64,000 bases of DNA from the human T2T-CHM13v2.0 reference genome, Homo sapiens: assembly GCF_009914755.1 (NCBI RefSeq), contig NC_060939.1; one strand, written 5' to 3'. Below the pieces are notes generated by a model. It made no database searches and was not told where the DNA came from. It worked only from the letters and a program-made list of their open reading frames with translations. The translations under genes and the position numbers were made by a program. Below, one piece after another: positions 1 through 13,196 of the stretch. Position 1 is the first letter of the stretch. Every line of letters starts with the position of its first letter.

Positions 1-274
1 TACTTTCTCTTCCTTATAATTTTCTTAATAACCTTTTTTCTCTAGCTTACTTTATTATAAGAATACAGTATATAACACATATAGCATACAAAATATGTGT
101 TAGTTGACCATTTATATTATCGGTGAAGCTTCTGGTCAACAGTAGGCTATTAGTAGATAAGTATTAGTGTTGACTCCCCAATAAGTATTTATGGGGAGTG
201 AAAAGTTATACACAGACTTTCAACTGCATGAGAGGTCACTAATCCTAATTGCTATGTTGTTCCAGGGTCAACTG
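1..274 (+). mobile_element. Tigger2/Tigger2a (MER28-like) DNA transposon, right end
   Basis: Matches the Tigger2 terminal region (ctctagcttactttatt..gaatacagtatataa..ggtcaacagtaggctattagtag) and ends in the TIR gggtcaactg at 274. Confidence 0.85.
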
Positions 275-461
275 AAATGACCTTAGAGCTGTGTTCCAGA
301 GTTTCTACAGAATTAATACTGGAGACATTGTAGTATTAATATAACTCTGTGAGGAAAGTGAATGTCTTTGCCTTGTTTACCCTTTCAATGAGTCTGATTA
401 AAATCTATTTTTTAGTTCCAGAGTGGAAATATAATAGATTCTCTCTCTTTCTCTTAATCTA

Positions 462-515
462 ATATATATATATATATATATATATACATTCTCTCTCTCT
501 CTCTCTTTCTCTTTC
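462..515. repeat. (TA)n-(TC)n compound microsatellite
   Basis: Directly visible. Confidence 0.95.
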
Positions 516-1734
516 TTTTTCCAAATGAGTAAATGAGTGAACATAGGGACAGAAAATATGGACAAATCTTGTCTACTCTCAAGGCCCAATAAGAATGAAA
601 GGGAAGGATCTTGATGAAAGGAGGACAGCTATTTATCCACCATTTAGGCATGCAGGCTTTGGAGAAGAGGAGAAAGGTTGTCATCCCACTGGCCCTCAGA
701 AAGATGGGCCCTTTCTCATCAACCAGAGGAGGGAAAGGACTACCTTTAGTGTGTCAAAGCAGGTCAATAGCAGCCACACAGGTCGGGCATGAGTCCTGTC
801 TCCATGGAGCATTCTTCCTATGGAGTGGCCACATTGGCAAAGCCCAGCTGCCTAATCACAGTGGCCTACTAAACTAAGATAAAGGTTAGCAAGAGATTAA
901 GGAATGAGGCAAAAAATTTACTGTTTTAAGTTTAAAAAATAAACCTTTTTTTAAAGGCTAATGACCAGACAACTCATATTTCAAATATTGTATTGGTGCC
1001 TATATTTAAACAGCATATTTACCCAACTTGCACTAACCACCGTTGTATCTAAAACCTGCAGACTTCAACCACCTTATGGAACAGTCTGGTACCACAGAAA
1101 CTGTGGTAACAAGTGGTATTTGCTTAGGCAGCCTTAGGTTCCAGGAAAGGATTGAGCTTGAGATGTAACTAGTGCAAATCCTTTATGCTACTTCATTTCT
1201 GACTGTATCAGAGGAGCTCCATGGAGAAAGCAGGACTCAACAGAGACAAGCATGGAGAGAAATTAGTGTATGACTATGAGAAGTTGCCCTCGAGTCCTAT
1301 GCGGCACGGCCTATGTGCATTTCTAAGCTGTTGAGATTGAGAACTGTGCCAAAAATTTTGTTCAACTTGTACGAAATACTTTGCACAGTTTTAAATGGCT
1401 TTAATCCCAATAATAAAGGTCTGTTTTTAAAATACACTCTAATAAAAGTCTTTTCTCCATGATGTGCTGTTTAAAGGTGAGATTCAGACTCTAATTGATA
1501 GAAATTTCCAAGCAGGTTCATGTAAAACGTCTAATGCCGTGCACAGGTATAGGCTCCCAGTTATCCTAATTGGGAACCTAATCAGAAATAGTCACTTTGT
1601 TCAGAAATAGCCTGATGCTTTTTTTTTTCTTTGACTCTTATTGTATTCAAGTGTTCTCCTTAAAATATCTGGAAAGCTTCAATAAGTGGTTGTAGAGTGT
1701 CCTAAGGAGCACCCTGGAGAATTAAAGGAGAACC

Positions 1735-1920
1735 AGATGTGGGATCCATCCTAACTATGAGATTTGGTACAAATCGCTTGCCTGTCTCAGCCTCAATTTT
1801 CTTGAACTATAAATGTAGATAATAATATCTGCTTGGCCTACCTCACAGAGTATTATAAGGCCTACATTAAATTATATTGGTCAAAGAACTTTAAAAAGCG
1901 CTATACACTTATAAGTATTT
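1735..1920 (+). mobile_element. MIR SINE fragment
   Basis: MIR core-like ctcagcctcaattttcttgaactataaatg..ataat..cctacctcacagagtt. Confidence 0.7.
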
Positions 1921-2139
1921 TTATGTTTGTCAATAAGAAGGAAATGGTTCACTGAATAAAGGGCAAAGTTAAACCTTGCACTGTAGTTGCTATGACTGCA
2001 TAGTCCAATTCTTTTGAATAGTAAGATATTTTAACTTCAATCCTGGGGCTTTTAATATAAAAATGAAGTAAAAAATAAAGGGATGTTAAGTATTATTTTA
2101 AAGAGGAATTTACTGTGATAAACTTCAAGAACCTTACAT

Positions 2140-2218
2140 TCTTATTCACTTCTTTTTCCTCAGTGCCTAGACAGTATCTGACATATAATGGTTACCCAAT
2201 AAATGTTTAATGAATAGA
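2140..2218 (+). mobile_element. L2 3' end fragment
   Basis: cagtgcctagacagtatctgacatataatgg..caataaatgtttaatgaat resembles the L2 terminus. Confidence 0.65.
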
Positions 2219-3659
2219 ACGTGAAGTATTTAAGCATCATTTATAAACACACTCAGTTTATAGAGCTAAAACTAAGACCTAAATCCAATTTAAATTGGAA
2301 TTGTTTTTTATATATTAAAATATTGACACAAGTGAAGAGACTGACCTGCTGAAAGCAAAGAGTTTTTGTTTGACAGCAGGTCTTATATGAAAAGTTTTGT
2401 TTTTCATAAATATTTAAGGAAATTTTATTTATCCTGTAAGAAATTTATGTTTGTCTGCAAGAAAGCGGTGTTCTTTCGATGCCTATTATTGTCCATGCAA
2501 CATACTAGGTGTTTTTTGCTTATTTTGACAAAGGCACTTGGACTTGTTAAAAATTACATTATCCTACATCTAAGTAAACACACATTCCAAGCATGTTGGG
2601 GCAAACCACTAACTACCCATTTAAAAAAATCTTCCCATTTGATTTTCAGAGAAAAAAAATGGAAACTGTCCGTTATGATTTAAATCTGTCCTGGAGCATT
2701 TTCCATGAGTTAACACAACTAAATTGTAAATCTAGGAACAAATAAACGAATACCCAAGTGGCTTTGAACAATTGAACCATTGCATGGTTTGCAGTGGGTG
2801 CATCCTTCTCCTCAAGCCTGCACAATAATTAAGAGGTTATCATGAAAAGAAACCTAGGACAATGGCATGAGAGGGAATGCTAAAATACTAATGAGAGGAA
2901 GAACCCAGGACAATCTGTTTAATAACTTCACAGCCATTGTTCACATCAGAGTGACAAACAGTATAATATGGTAGAGCTCTTGTGTCCTCTGGCTGTTCAG
3001 CACTGCCTCCACACTTCTTTACTGTGCCAGAACTACTTAGCTTCTTTTTATAGCCCTCACACACATTAAGTCGACAAGCGACAGAGAAAGCCTGCCATTG
3101 CGGCATAGGAAAAATAGGAGAGTGATGAGGAATTGGGTCACACTGGTCAGGGGATAAAGATAAGTCTCAACTAGACATATTAGGGGTAAGACAGATAACT
3201 GATATAAAACTCAGATATTTTAGTCTTTAGTTGTATGTGTAAGTAATAATCAATGTTGTTAGTTCTGTCCCCCAAACCCCCAGCTCAGATTTAGGCTAAA
3301 ATAGGGTTTTTGTTTTTGGTTTTTAATCTAATTATACTCAGGTGTATTACAATAACCAGGGCATTTGAATTAATGGAAACAAATGAAATTAATCTAGAAA
3401 AGGTGACTAAAATCTGTCAAAGTACAAATTTTAGGATGTGCCTTTTGTTAGGTGTGCAATGTTATACTGAGGAATGCTAAAGAGTCCAAGGGAAGAGTGC
3501 TTAGCACTTTTTTATGCAAAGATGCATAATTCTAACCCAGGCACTCATTCATTGCATTGCTCAAAGAGACCAGGAATCAACAACCTACATGCCTATGGGG
3601 TACAAGTGTAATGCATAAATGCATATATTTGGCCAGATGTAAAATTAAAAGGAATGCAG

Positions 3660-3731
3660 GGATTTTGCTACTGTCCATAATAAACTAGCCTTCTCACAGA
3701 ACAAATGTAAAAGATTCATTAAAGAAAAAAA

Positions 3732-3812
<81 letters not shown>

Positions 3813-4437
3813 TAGCTGTTTGAAGGCATTGGAGCAATCAAAGCATCCAGAAAAAAGGGAAACACCTTTAGATGAGCCAGACCTAATCTTCCCTTATTCT
3901 ATTCTTTAGGTTAGTGGTAGAGTTGCAGTTACTTAAGGGTTACAGAGTCTGCTGCTTCCAAGCGTGGAGCGTATAGGCTGAACTGAAAGTACTGGTTTAG
4001 AGCTAGAAGTAGTTTCAGTGGGCTGCGGAGACAAAATTTGGGGTTAAGGGTTACCAAGACAGCCAGGACTTAAGGGACCAAGATCCTAGAGAAAAGGAAA
4101 CTGCAAAAAAGTCTCATGATACATGTGGAATTCAGAGGCACTTGTAACTCCTAAGCTATACTTGAGTGAAGCTAAATGCCAAGAGATAGCTAAACCAAGT
4201 AGAAAGCAAACTGTTAAGAAGTAGATAGCCAAATGAAGATTTGGCAGTTTCAGAGTTCTGGGGAGACCCAATCTGAAGTTCTGGAATGACTGTGGAGGAG
4301 GGGCTATGAAGCCACCTTGGCTTCAATTGAGGGTCCCTGAATATCTGAGCCCTAGGACCAAAAGCAAACAGAAATACACAGCTTTGAGTAGATCAGAGTA
4401 ATCGTTCCATACTCTACCTGTCCAGAAGATTAAATTT

Positions 4438-4440
<3 letters not shown>
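3660..4440 (+). mobile_element. Old L1M 5' region fragment
   Basis: ctgtttgaaggcattggag-type motif and overall similarity to L1MD/L1ME 5' ends; boundaries approximate. Confidence 0.5.
3733..3809. repeat. (CA)n(GA)n compound microsatellite
   Basis: Directly visible. Confidence 0.97.
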
Positions 4441-4620
<180 letters not shown>

Positions 4621-4729
4621 TATATATATATAAAAAATAGTTCTCTTACCTCAAATCAAACACAAAATAATCAACTCCAGACAGATTGTAGATGTAATTG
4701 TGAATGATTAAACAATAAGGCTTCTAGAG

Positions 4730-5017
4730 CAGGGATCCCCAACCCCTGATGGGTCTGTGAGCCTGTTAGGAACTGGGCTGCACATCAGGAGGTGAGCCGT
4801 GGACTAGTGGGCATTACCACCTGAATTCTGCCTTCTGTCAGATTAGCAGCGGCATTAGATTCTCATAGGAGAGCCAAGCCTACTGGGAACTGCGCAAGCG
4901 AGGGATCTAGGTTGAGCGCTACTTATGAGAATCTAACTAATGCCTGGTGATCTGAAGTAGAATGGTTTCATTCAGAAACCATCTTCCCTCTCCTGCAGCA
5001 AAGGCTGGGGACCACTC
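4730..5017 (+). mobile_element. MER1B (hAT-Charlie) DNA transposon
   Basis: Termini cagggatccccaacc..ggggaccact; perfect 8-bp TSD ttctagag at 4722-4729 and 5018-5025. Confidence 0.9.
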
Positions 5018-5037
5018 TTCTAGAGGATAACATAGAA

Positions 5038-5256
5038 CATGAGCAGAAAATTATGGCTTGTAAGCCAAATCCAGTTTACCACCTATTTTTGTAAATAAAG
5101 TTTTACTGGAACACGGCCATACCCATTCATTTACATATTGTCTCTGGCTGTTTTTTTGCTACTTGAGAGTTGAGTGGTTGTGACAGAGACTATATGGCCT
5201 GCAAAGTGGAAATATTTACTATTTGGCCCTATACAGAAAAAGTTTGCCAATATCTG
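5038..5256 (+). mobile_element. MER58A-like (hAT-Charlie) element
   Basis: gccaaatccag..ttttgtaaataaagttttactggaacac..aaaaagtttgcc; degenerate 8-bp TSD acatagaa/atacagaa. Confidence 0.85.
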
Positions 5257-5444
5257 ATACAGAATAATATGAGAATATTGTCATGTTGTTATAAGAAGGA
5301 AAGAGTTCTTAAATAACTACAAAAAGTGCAAACCTTAAGGGAAAATATTGTTAAGTCATACTTCATTATTATTAAACATTTCTGTTCATTGTAAGACATT
5401 ATTAGGGAGAGTAGGAGAAGGTATTTGTAATACCATGTATTCAA

Positions 5445-5908
5445 CATAGTATTATTGCTCATGGTTTCCTATCTCCACTCCCTTACTCATCCATCCCTCT
5501 GGAAAAAATGTACTTCTCAGCTCCATTGACTTTGGGCTGAAATTTATGACTCGCTTTGGCCAATGATTTGTAAATGGACATGACATTTTCCATGACTGAA
5601 TAGAAGATGCTTTTAGAGACATTGCTAGTTTCTGCTAGCTCCATCTCTTGCTTTGACTTTCAACCATGAGAACTGGATATCTCAGATAGTGGCTCCATCT
5701 TCAGCTTGTTTCCTAGAGTGAGAAGACACATGCAGCCAAGCTGAACCAAGGAAAAATGAGCCTAGCTTGAACTAGAGGAGTCCAGAAGAGCTGTAAATGA
5801 ACTGCAACCAACACATAAAGTGAGAATGAAATATACATTTGTTGTTATAACACTCTGAGATTTTTGAGGTTGTTTATTAAGTGGCATAACATTGAGGAAG
5901 CTAATACA
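5445..5908 (+). mobile_element. MLT1 (I/J-like) MaLR solo LTR
   Basis: ctccattgactttgggc..tgactcgctttggccaatg..ttgttgttataacactctgagattttt..gctaataca terminus. Confidence 0.75.
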
Positions 5909-6803
5909 TAAACAAAGGAAATATTCATTAAAATACCCTGGAAATCAATGAGAAAAATAAAAACAACCCAATTTGAAAATGTGTAAGGCTTGAATATCCT
6001 TAAAGGAGGGTACCCATTTGGCCAAGAAGCATGTATCAAATTGTTCAAAATTCAACTTAAATGCAAATTAAAACTAAAAAGAGATATTGATACATGCCCT
6101 CCAGAATGGGTAAAATAAAATTAAAAAAAACCCTGGCAATATCAAATGTTGACAAGGATGTGGAACAACCTTAACTAATATATCATGTTGGTTGGAGAAT
6201 GAATTGGTATAATCACTTTCAAAAACTACTCAGCAGTATCCATATCAATATATATATCACCCTATAACCTAAAAATTCCACTCCTGGAAATATATTCATT
6301 ATAAATGAGTAAAAATACACAATAAAAGACATTTGTAAGAATATTCACTGTAGCATTATTTGTAATAGTCCTAAACGGGAAACAATCTAAATACTCATCA
6401 ATAGCAGACTGGATAAATTGTGGTATATTTATTCACCAAAATATTATACAGCAATAAAAAAGAATAAACTACTATATCAATATAGATGAATATTTCTATT
6501 TTGAGCAAGAGGAGCCGGATGCAAAAGCATATACCTTATCTGTATATTCTACAAAATTCAAAAACAGGCAAATTAAATTTGGGGGATTAAAACTAGTCAA
6601 TGTTTACCTTTGGGTGTAATAAGCACTGAGAGGGAGCATAAAAGTATCCTGGGGTGCTGGTAATATTCTATATTTTTATCTAGATGGTTACATAGTGTTT
6701 TCACTTTTAAAAGATTATTTGAGCTATGCACTTTAGATTTGTGAACTTTACTATATGCTATACTTTGATAAAATATCTATTTCAAAAAGAGAGCTAGGGC
6801 CTT

Positions 6804-7145
6804 TGCATTAGTCCATTTTCATGCTGCTAATAAGGACATACTCGAGACCGGGCAATTTACAGAAGAAAGAGGTTTATTGGACTTACAGTTCCATGTGCCC
6901 GGGAAGGCCCACAATTATGGCAGAAGGTGAAAGGCATGGCACATGGCAGCAGACAAGATAAAAGGGAGTTTGTGTAGGGAAACTCCCCTTATAAAACCAT
7001 CAGATCTAGTGAGATTTATTCACTATCATGAGAACAGCACAGGAAAGACCTGCCCCCATGATTCAATTACCTCCCATCAGGTCCCTCCCACCATATGTGG
7101 GAATTCAAGATGAGATTTGGGTGGGGACACAGCCAAACCAAATAA
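6804..7145 (-). mobile_element. THE1 (THE1A/B-like) MaLR solo LTR
   Basis: Typical THE1 sequence ending gagatttgggtggggacacagccaaacca; 5-bp TSD gcctt at 6799-6803 and 7146-7150. Confidence 0.93.
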
Positions 7146-7193
7146 GCCTTTAACTGAGAGAGTTTGGGGGGTGGGTGTGCATGAATTCTCTTT

Positions 7194-7195
<2 letters not shown>

Positions 7196-7234
<39 letters not shown>
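7196..7234. repeat. (CA)n microsatellite
   Basis: Directly visible. Confidence 0.97.
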
Positions 7235-7236
<2 letters not shown>

Positions 7237-7934
7237 CCTTTGAAGGAATTCAAATGAAACAAAACAAAACAAAAACATTTTGAGGGATAAAATTAGCTTA
7301 TATGCCTCCTGCTTAAGGAATTTTACTTCATTCTGTACCAACTAAAAATTGAAGATGATTTTTTTCATTTATGTAAAAATTATATTAGGCATAAAAGTCA
7401 GATAATATATAAATAATTTATAATGCCTTCTATTTTATATTCAAATCTTGCATTCTAAGAAAAATATTCAGTGGTAATAGGTCCCTAGTGATACTAACAA
7501 TTGAGTGCGAACAATATTTTAGAACTGTATTTCCATTAAATATAGAGTCAGATATAAGATCCACTCTTAAACACAGGGCACAGGAATGTAAGATTCACAA
7601 GGGCTGGTATTGTATTTTGTCTTATACATGGTTCTATGCCAAATTTCTAGAAATTTACCTTGCTTGTGGCAATAATAAATATTTATTGAATTAATATAAA
7701 ATTGGGTAATTATTTTATTCAGCATGGATAATTATTTCATTCAGCATGAATAATTTAAATGCTGTAGTAAAACTGAATCTTTATATTCTTATGTTCCTTA
7801 AATTTCCAATTATAAGACTGGCTTACAAAATACTAATTTCTGATACTAGAAAAATTGTAATGTTCTAAACATATTGTCAGTTTGCAGGTCCCACATTTCA
7901 ATTATTGTTGGATTTCTCAGAAACTTTGTGCAAA

Positions 7935-8385
7935 CCAATCCAACAACATTTTCTAAGCACTGAATGTGAGAGTAATACTGAATAGAGCCTGTATGATATG
8001 GTCCCTGTCATCGTTTTGTGGAAACAGAACTTCTACATGAAACTAGTAGATATAAAACAAAACAAAGACAACAGTTTGTAATAATATGGTAGACTGAATA
8101 AAATTAAGTGCCAGTGTATGTGAGCAACACAATGGGGGCTGAGGTCAGTCAAGAAAACAATCCTGGCAAGACTTGTCATTCAAAGAAAACATTGACCTAG
8201 AGGTGACTTTTGAAGAACTAGTAAAATTTGGACAGTCATAGAAAAGGGGCAAAGATACTCAGCAGACAGTGGGGGAAGGCACAAAATGGCAAGGTCTCTC
8301 AAGATTAGCTTGCTTATATTAGAGGACACACATGGGGAATAGACGAAGACTGGAAAAGCAAAGCAATTCCAGCTATGAGTGATCT
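7935..8385 (-). mobile_element. L2 fragments
   Basis: Antisense L2-like caacaacattttctaagcac..atggtccctgtc; highly diverged. Confidence 0.5.
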
Positions 8386-8388
8386 AGC

Positions 8389-8536
8389 ACAGTGCTTCTC
8401 TAGCACAGCATATCTGCGAATCATCTTGTTACAATGTTGGTTCTGTTTTCACAGGCCTGGTGCGGGCCCAAGATACTGCATTTCTAACAGTAACACCAGT
8501 GCTGTTGGTCTGTAGATGCCCTTTGAGTAGCAAGGG
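8389..8536. mobile_element. MER5A-like (hAT-Charlie) element
   Basis: cagtgcttctc..gggcccaagatactgcatttctaaca..ctttgagtagcaagg. Confidence 0.75.
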
Positions 8537-10412
8537 TCTAGAATGCATAAAAAGAAGATTTGGAATTTGATATGATGGAAAAAAACTTTTATAGGCCTGA
8601 AGAGGGAAAGATAAAGGTAGATTATGGCACTGATGAAAACAGTAATGACAATAATAACATTTATTAAATTTTTACATAAATTATCTCCAATTCTTAACCT
8701 GGTCAGTTAAAGAAGCAACTACCAAGGAGTCAAGAATATCATTGTAAAAAACAGGGGTAAAGCGGGAGACAAGGACTTTATTCAGGTAAAATAAGTCAGA
8801 GAGGACCAAGAAAGTGATGAAGACACAATGTGCCATGGCATGCTCTGGGGTTTGCTTTGGAAGCCCATATCAATATTAAAGTGTTGATACCATAGGGTTG
8901 CCTTGATGGTCTGGAATTGCTTTGAAGCAATCAAACAGACCTCCGCCTGAGTTTGCAATATCTTCCTTTATATTCATAAAAATCCAGGTTATATCTTTGC
9001 TTCATAAAGAAAAATGCTGAGACAACTTTCTTCTCTTTCAATTATTTGTCAGCATTATCCTGTTAGTAAGTTTGCCTCTGGTTTGTAATTACCTGGTGTA
9101 ATCGTCTGAGTTCACATTTGGGACCTGAGATGTATGTTAGTTACCCGCAGATTGGGCACTGGAATACCAGGCCCTCGCCTGACGAGGCAGAATACTTTGA
9201 AGTTTGTAGATAGTAAAGAAATACATAGACTTTTGAATGCAAAAACAAGGACAACATCTCCTAGGTCTAGTTATGGTGATGAGTAACTTGGCAGCAACTT
9301 AGAAGATTAAGAGTGAAGTGCTGCTACTGACCACCCTACCCTTTTATGAGTTCAAGGAAAGTGCTGGCAGACTTTCTTAGGATAGATAAATGACCTTCCC
9401 TGTCAACGCTATTCAGAGGTCAGTGTCCTTGGGGAAGAGGATCTAAGGCCAGATGCATGTAGGATATACTCTCTGCTTCTGCTTAATTTTCTGCTGCTAA
9501 TATATGAATTTTCAACATGTGTTTATACAGCTGTCTAAATCCCGAGTGCTTTGTGCAGGAAAGTAGGAACTGTAGGCAGAAAAAGTCCTCTTTCAAAATT
9601 AGGGTAGAAAAAAGATACCCAGGTCCCATTAATTTGCTTTATGAAAACAGAATTTTAATATTGGCTAAAGCATATCATTTTTGCTCATCTTAAAACACTG
9701 TCAGTATCAGATGCACAAAACTTTCAGGTAAATAATGCAGGACAATGAGAAACCTATTCATCTTTTCATTTGTGCTTAAACAATTAGAAATGATTTTTAC
9801 TTATTTTTTTTGTCACAAAGAAATACGTTATTATTATATAAACTTTGTAAAATACCAATACATGAAGGAGAAAATAATTGCTTGTAGGTCCACAACTCGG
9901 TTATCATTTTGGTGTGTGTTCTTCCAATCTCTTTTCTATGCATATTTGCTATGTGTCATAGCTGTCAATGTTCATATTAAGTTGAATCCTGCTTTTGAAA
10001 CTAACATTATATCAATTCTTAACACAACAGATGCAGCCTTCTAGGGGCATTTCTTATTTTGTAATTATCAAGCATTTAACCCTTGAAAGGTTGAGGAATT
10101 ACATTAAATGAATAGTTCTATTACGTAGAATACACAGCCCAAGAAACAGCATTTTCTTTAGTGTTAACACTGTATTCAGTTTAAGACCTTTTTGGCATGC
10201 ATGAATATTTCTATGAGATCTTTAAAGGGAGATTGTATTGTGGGGAGGTAAGATTTTTTTCACTGAATATCCGAATTTGTGTAATAATTCATATATAAGA
10301 TTCCAGTTAATAAGGTAAATCTAGCGTTTGGTATAGAAAAAAAAAGAGTTGGGATGATTTTTCTCCTCACCAATAACAACCATGGCCTGAATTTTTTTTT
10401 AATTGAAATACA

Positions 10413-12828
10413 TTTGAGAAGTATCTGTTCATATCCTTTGCCCACTTTTTGATGGGGCTGTGTGTTTTTTTCTTGTACATTTGTTTAAGTTCGTTGTAGG
10501 TTCTGGATATTAGCCCTTTGTCAGATGGATAGATTGCAAAAATTTTCTCCCATTCTGTAGGTTGCCTGTTCACTCTGATGATAGTTTCTTTTGCTGTGCA
10601 GAAGCTCTTTAGTTTAATTAGATCCCATTTGTCAATTTTGGCTTTTGTTGCCATTGCTTTTGGTGTTTTATACATGAAGTCTTTGCCCTTGCCTACGTTC
10701 TGAATGGTATTGCCCAGGTTTTCTTCTAGGATTTTTATGTTCCTAGGTCTTATGTTTTAGTCTTTGATCCATCTTGAGTTGATTTTTGTAAAAGGTGTAA
10801 GGAAGGGGTCCAGTTTCAGTTTTCTGCATATAGCTAGCCAGTTTTCCCAGCAACATTTATTTAATAGGGAATCTTTTCCCCATTGCTTGTTTGTGCCAAG
10901 TTTGTCAAAGATCAGATGGTTTTAGATGTGTGGTGTTATTTCTGAGGCTTCTGTTCTGTTCCATTGGTCTATATATCTGTTTTGGTACCAGTACCATGCT
11001 GTTTTGATTACTGTAGCCCTGTAGTATAGTTTGAAGTCAGGTAGCATGATGCCTCCAGCTTTGTTCTTCTTGCCCAGGATTGTCTTGGCTATGTGGGCTC
11101 TTTTTTGGTTCCATATGAAGTTTAATGTAGTTTTTTTCAATTCCATGAAGAAAGTCAGTGGTAGCTTGATGGGGATGGCATTGAATCTATAAATTACTTT
11201 GGGCAGTATGGCCATTTTCATGATATTGAATCTTTCTATCCATGAGCATGGAATGTTTTTCCATTTGTTTGTGTCCGCTCTTATTTCCTTGAGCAGTAGC
11301 AGCAGTTTGCAGTTCTCCTTGAAGAGGTGCTTCACATCTGTTGTATTCCTAGGTATTTTCTTCTCCTAGTAGCAATTGTGAATGGGAGTTCACTCAGGAT
11401 TTGGCTCTCTGTTTGTCTGTTATTGGCGTATAGGAATGCTTCTGATTTTTGCACATTGATTTTGTATACTGAAACTTTGCTGAAATTGCTTATCAGCTTA
11501 AGGAGATTTTGGGGTGAGCCAACGGGGTTTTCTAAATATACAATCATTTCATCTGCAAACAGAGACAATTTGACTTCCTCTCTTCCTATTTGAATACACT
11601 TTATTTCTTTCTCTTGCCTAGTTGCCCCGGCTGGAACTTCTAATACAATGTTGAATAGGAGTGGTGAGAGAGGGCATCCTTGTCTTGTGCTGGTTTTCAA
11701 AGGGAATGCTTCAAGTTTTTGCCCATTCAGTATGATATTGGCTGTGGGTTTGTCATAAATAGCTCTTACTATTTTGAGATATTTTCCATCTATTTTATTG
11801 AGAGTTTTTAGCATGAAGGGATGTTGAATTTTGTCGAAGGCTTTTTCTGCATCTATTGAGATAATCATGTGGTTTTTGTGATTGGTTCCGTTTATGTGAT
11901 GGATTACATTTATTGATTTGCGTATGTTAAACCAGCCTTGCATCTCAGGTATGAAGCCGACTTGATCATGGTGGATAAGCTTTTTTATGTTCTGCTGGAT
12001 TCAGTTTGCCAGTATTTTATTGAGGATTTTTGCATTGATGTTCATCAGGGATGCAGCCAACAGACATATGAAAAAAATGTTCATCATCACTGGTCATTAG
12101 AGAAAAGCAAATCAAAAGCACAATGAGATGCCATCTCACACCAGTTAGAATGGTGAACATTAAAAAGTCAGGAAACAACAGATGCTAGAGAGGATGTGGA
12201 GAAATAGGAACACTTTTACACTCTTGGGAGTGTAAATTAGTTCAACCATTGTGGAAGACATTGTGGCAATTCATCAAGGATCTAGAACTAGAAATACCAT
12301 TTGACCCAGCAATCCCATTACTGGGTATATACCCAAAGGATTATAAATCATTCTACTATAAAGACACAGACACATGTATGTTTATTGCAGCACTATTTGC
12401 AATAGCAAGACTTAGAACCGATCCAAATGTCTATCAGTAATAGACTGGATAAAGAAAATGTGGCACATATACACCATGGAATAATATGCAGCCACAAAAA
12501 AGGATGACTTCTTGTCCTTTGCAGGAACGTGGATGAAGCTGGAAACCATCATTCTCAGTAAACTGTCACAAGAACAGAAAACCGAATGCCGCATGTTCTC
12601 ACTCATAAGTAGGAGCTGAACAATGAGAACACATGGACATAGGGAGGGGAACATCACACACCAGGGCCTGTCGGGGAGTGGGGTGTTAGTGGAGGGATAA
12701 CATTAGGAGAAATACCTAATATAGGTGAAGGGTTGATGGGTGCAGCAAACCACCATGGCACGTGTACACCTATGTAACAAACCTGCACATTCTGCACATG
12801 TACCCCAGAACTTAAAGTATAATAAAAA
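10413..12828 (+). mobile_element. L1PA7-like element with 5' inversion (antisense 10413-12052, sense 12051-12828)
   Basis: Minus-strand ORF2 fragments (RT region, 11332-11943 and others) abut a plus-strand 3' end with A tail; TSD aattgaaataca (10401-10412) / aattaaaataca (12829-12840). Confidence 0.92.
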
Positions 12829-13132
12829 AATTAAAATACAGATTTTTAATAATTTATACACAAATAAAATCCATTGATTTCACCAATGTATAGGCTGCTG
12901 AGTTTTGACAAATGTCTACACTCATGTAATTGTGACCAAATCAAGATATAGAATAATTCTGTCACCCTCAAAAGTTCCTTTGTGTCCATTCCCAGACATT
13001 CTGTTAATACCCCCAGCCCTAGGTGAACACCAATCTGTTCTCTGTTTCTATAGATTAGTTTTGCCTGTTCTAGAACTTTATGCAAATGAAATAGTATATG
13101 TTCTATTGTGTTTAACTTCTTTTGCTCAGTAA

Positions 13133-13156
13133 AGAGAGAGAGAGAGAGAGAGAGAG

Positions 13157-13192
<36 letters not shown>
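13133..13192. repeat. (GA)n(GT)n microsatellite at the tail of an L1
   Basis: Directly visible. Confidence 0.97.

Positions 13193-13196
<4 letters not shown>

Larger units (their letters stand above)
4632..6790 (+). mobile_element. Old L1 (L1MC/L1ME-like) ORF2 3' end and 3' UTR, interrupted by MER1B, MER58 and MLT1
   Basis: L1-like segments resume after each insert (aatgcaaattaaaac, tgttgacaaggatgtggaacaac, attccactcctgg, ggggtgctggtaatattcta). Confidence 0.75.

Noticed and set aside
595-877. Two overlapping plus-strand ORFs in a slightly GC-richer patch
   Set aside because: No family resemblance, splice sites or poly(A)/TSD to support an exon or processed pseudogene
1551-1581. Short hairpin taggctcccagtta-tcc-taattgggaaccta as a pre-miRNA
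   Set aside because: A 14-bp stem with a mismatch is far too short, and the flanks do not extend it
10367-11943. Reverse-transcriptase-like ORFs (203, 137, 102 aa), also at 22613-23472, 50691-52300 and 63467-63700
   Set aside because: These are frameshifted, 5'-truncated L1 ORF2 fragments with no ORF1 or promoter; they are not a gene, retron or novel RT system
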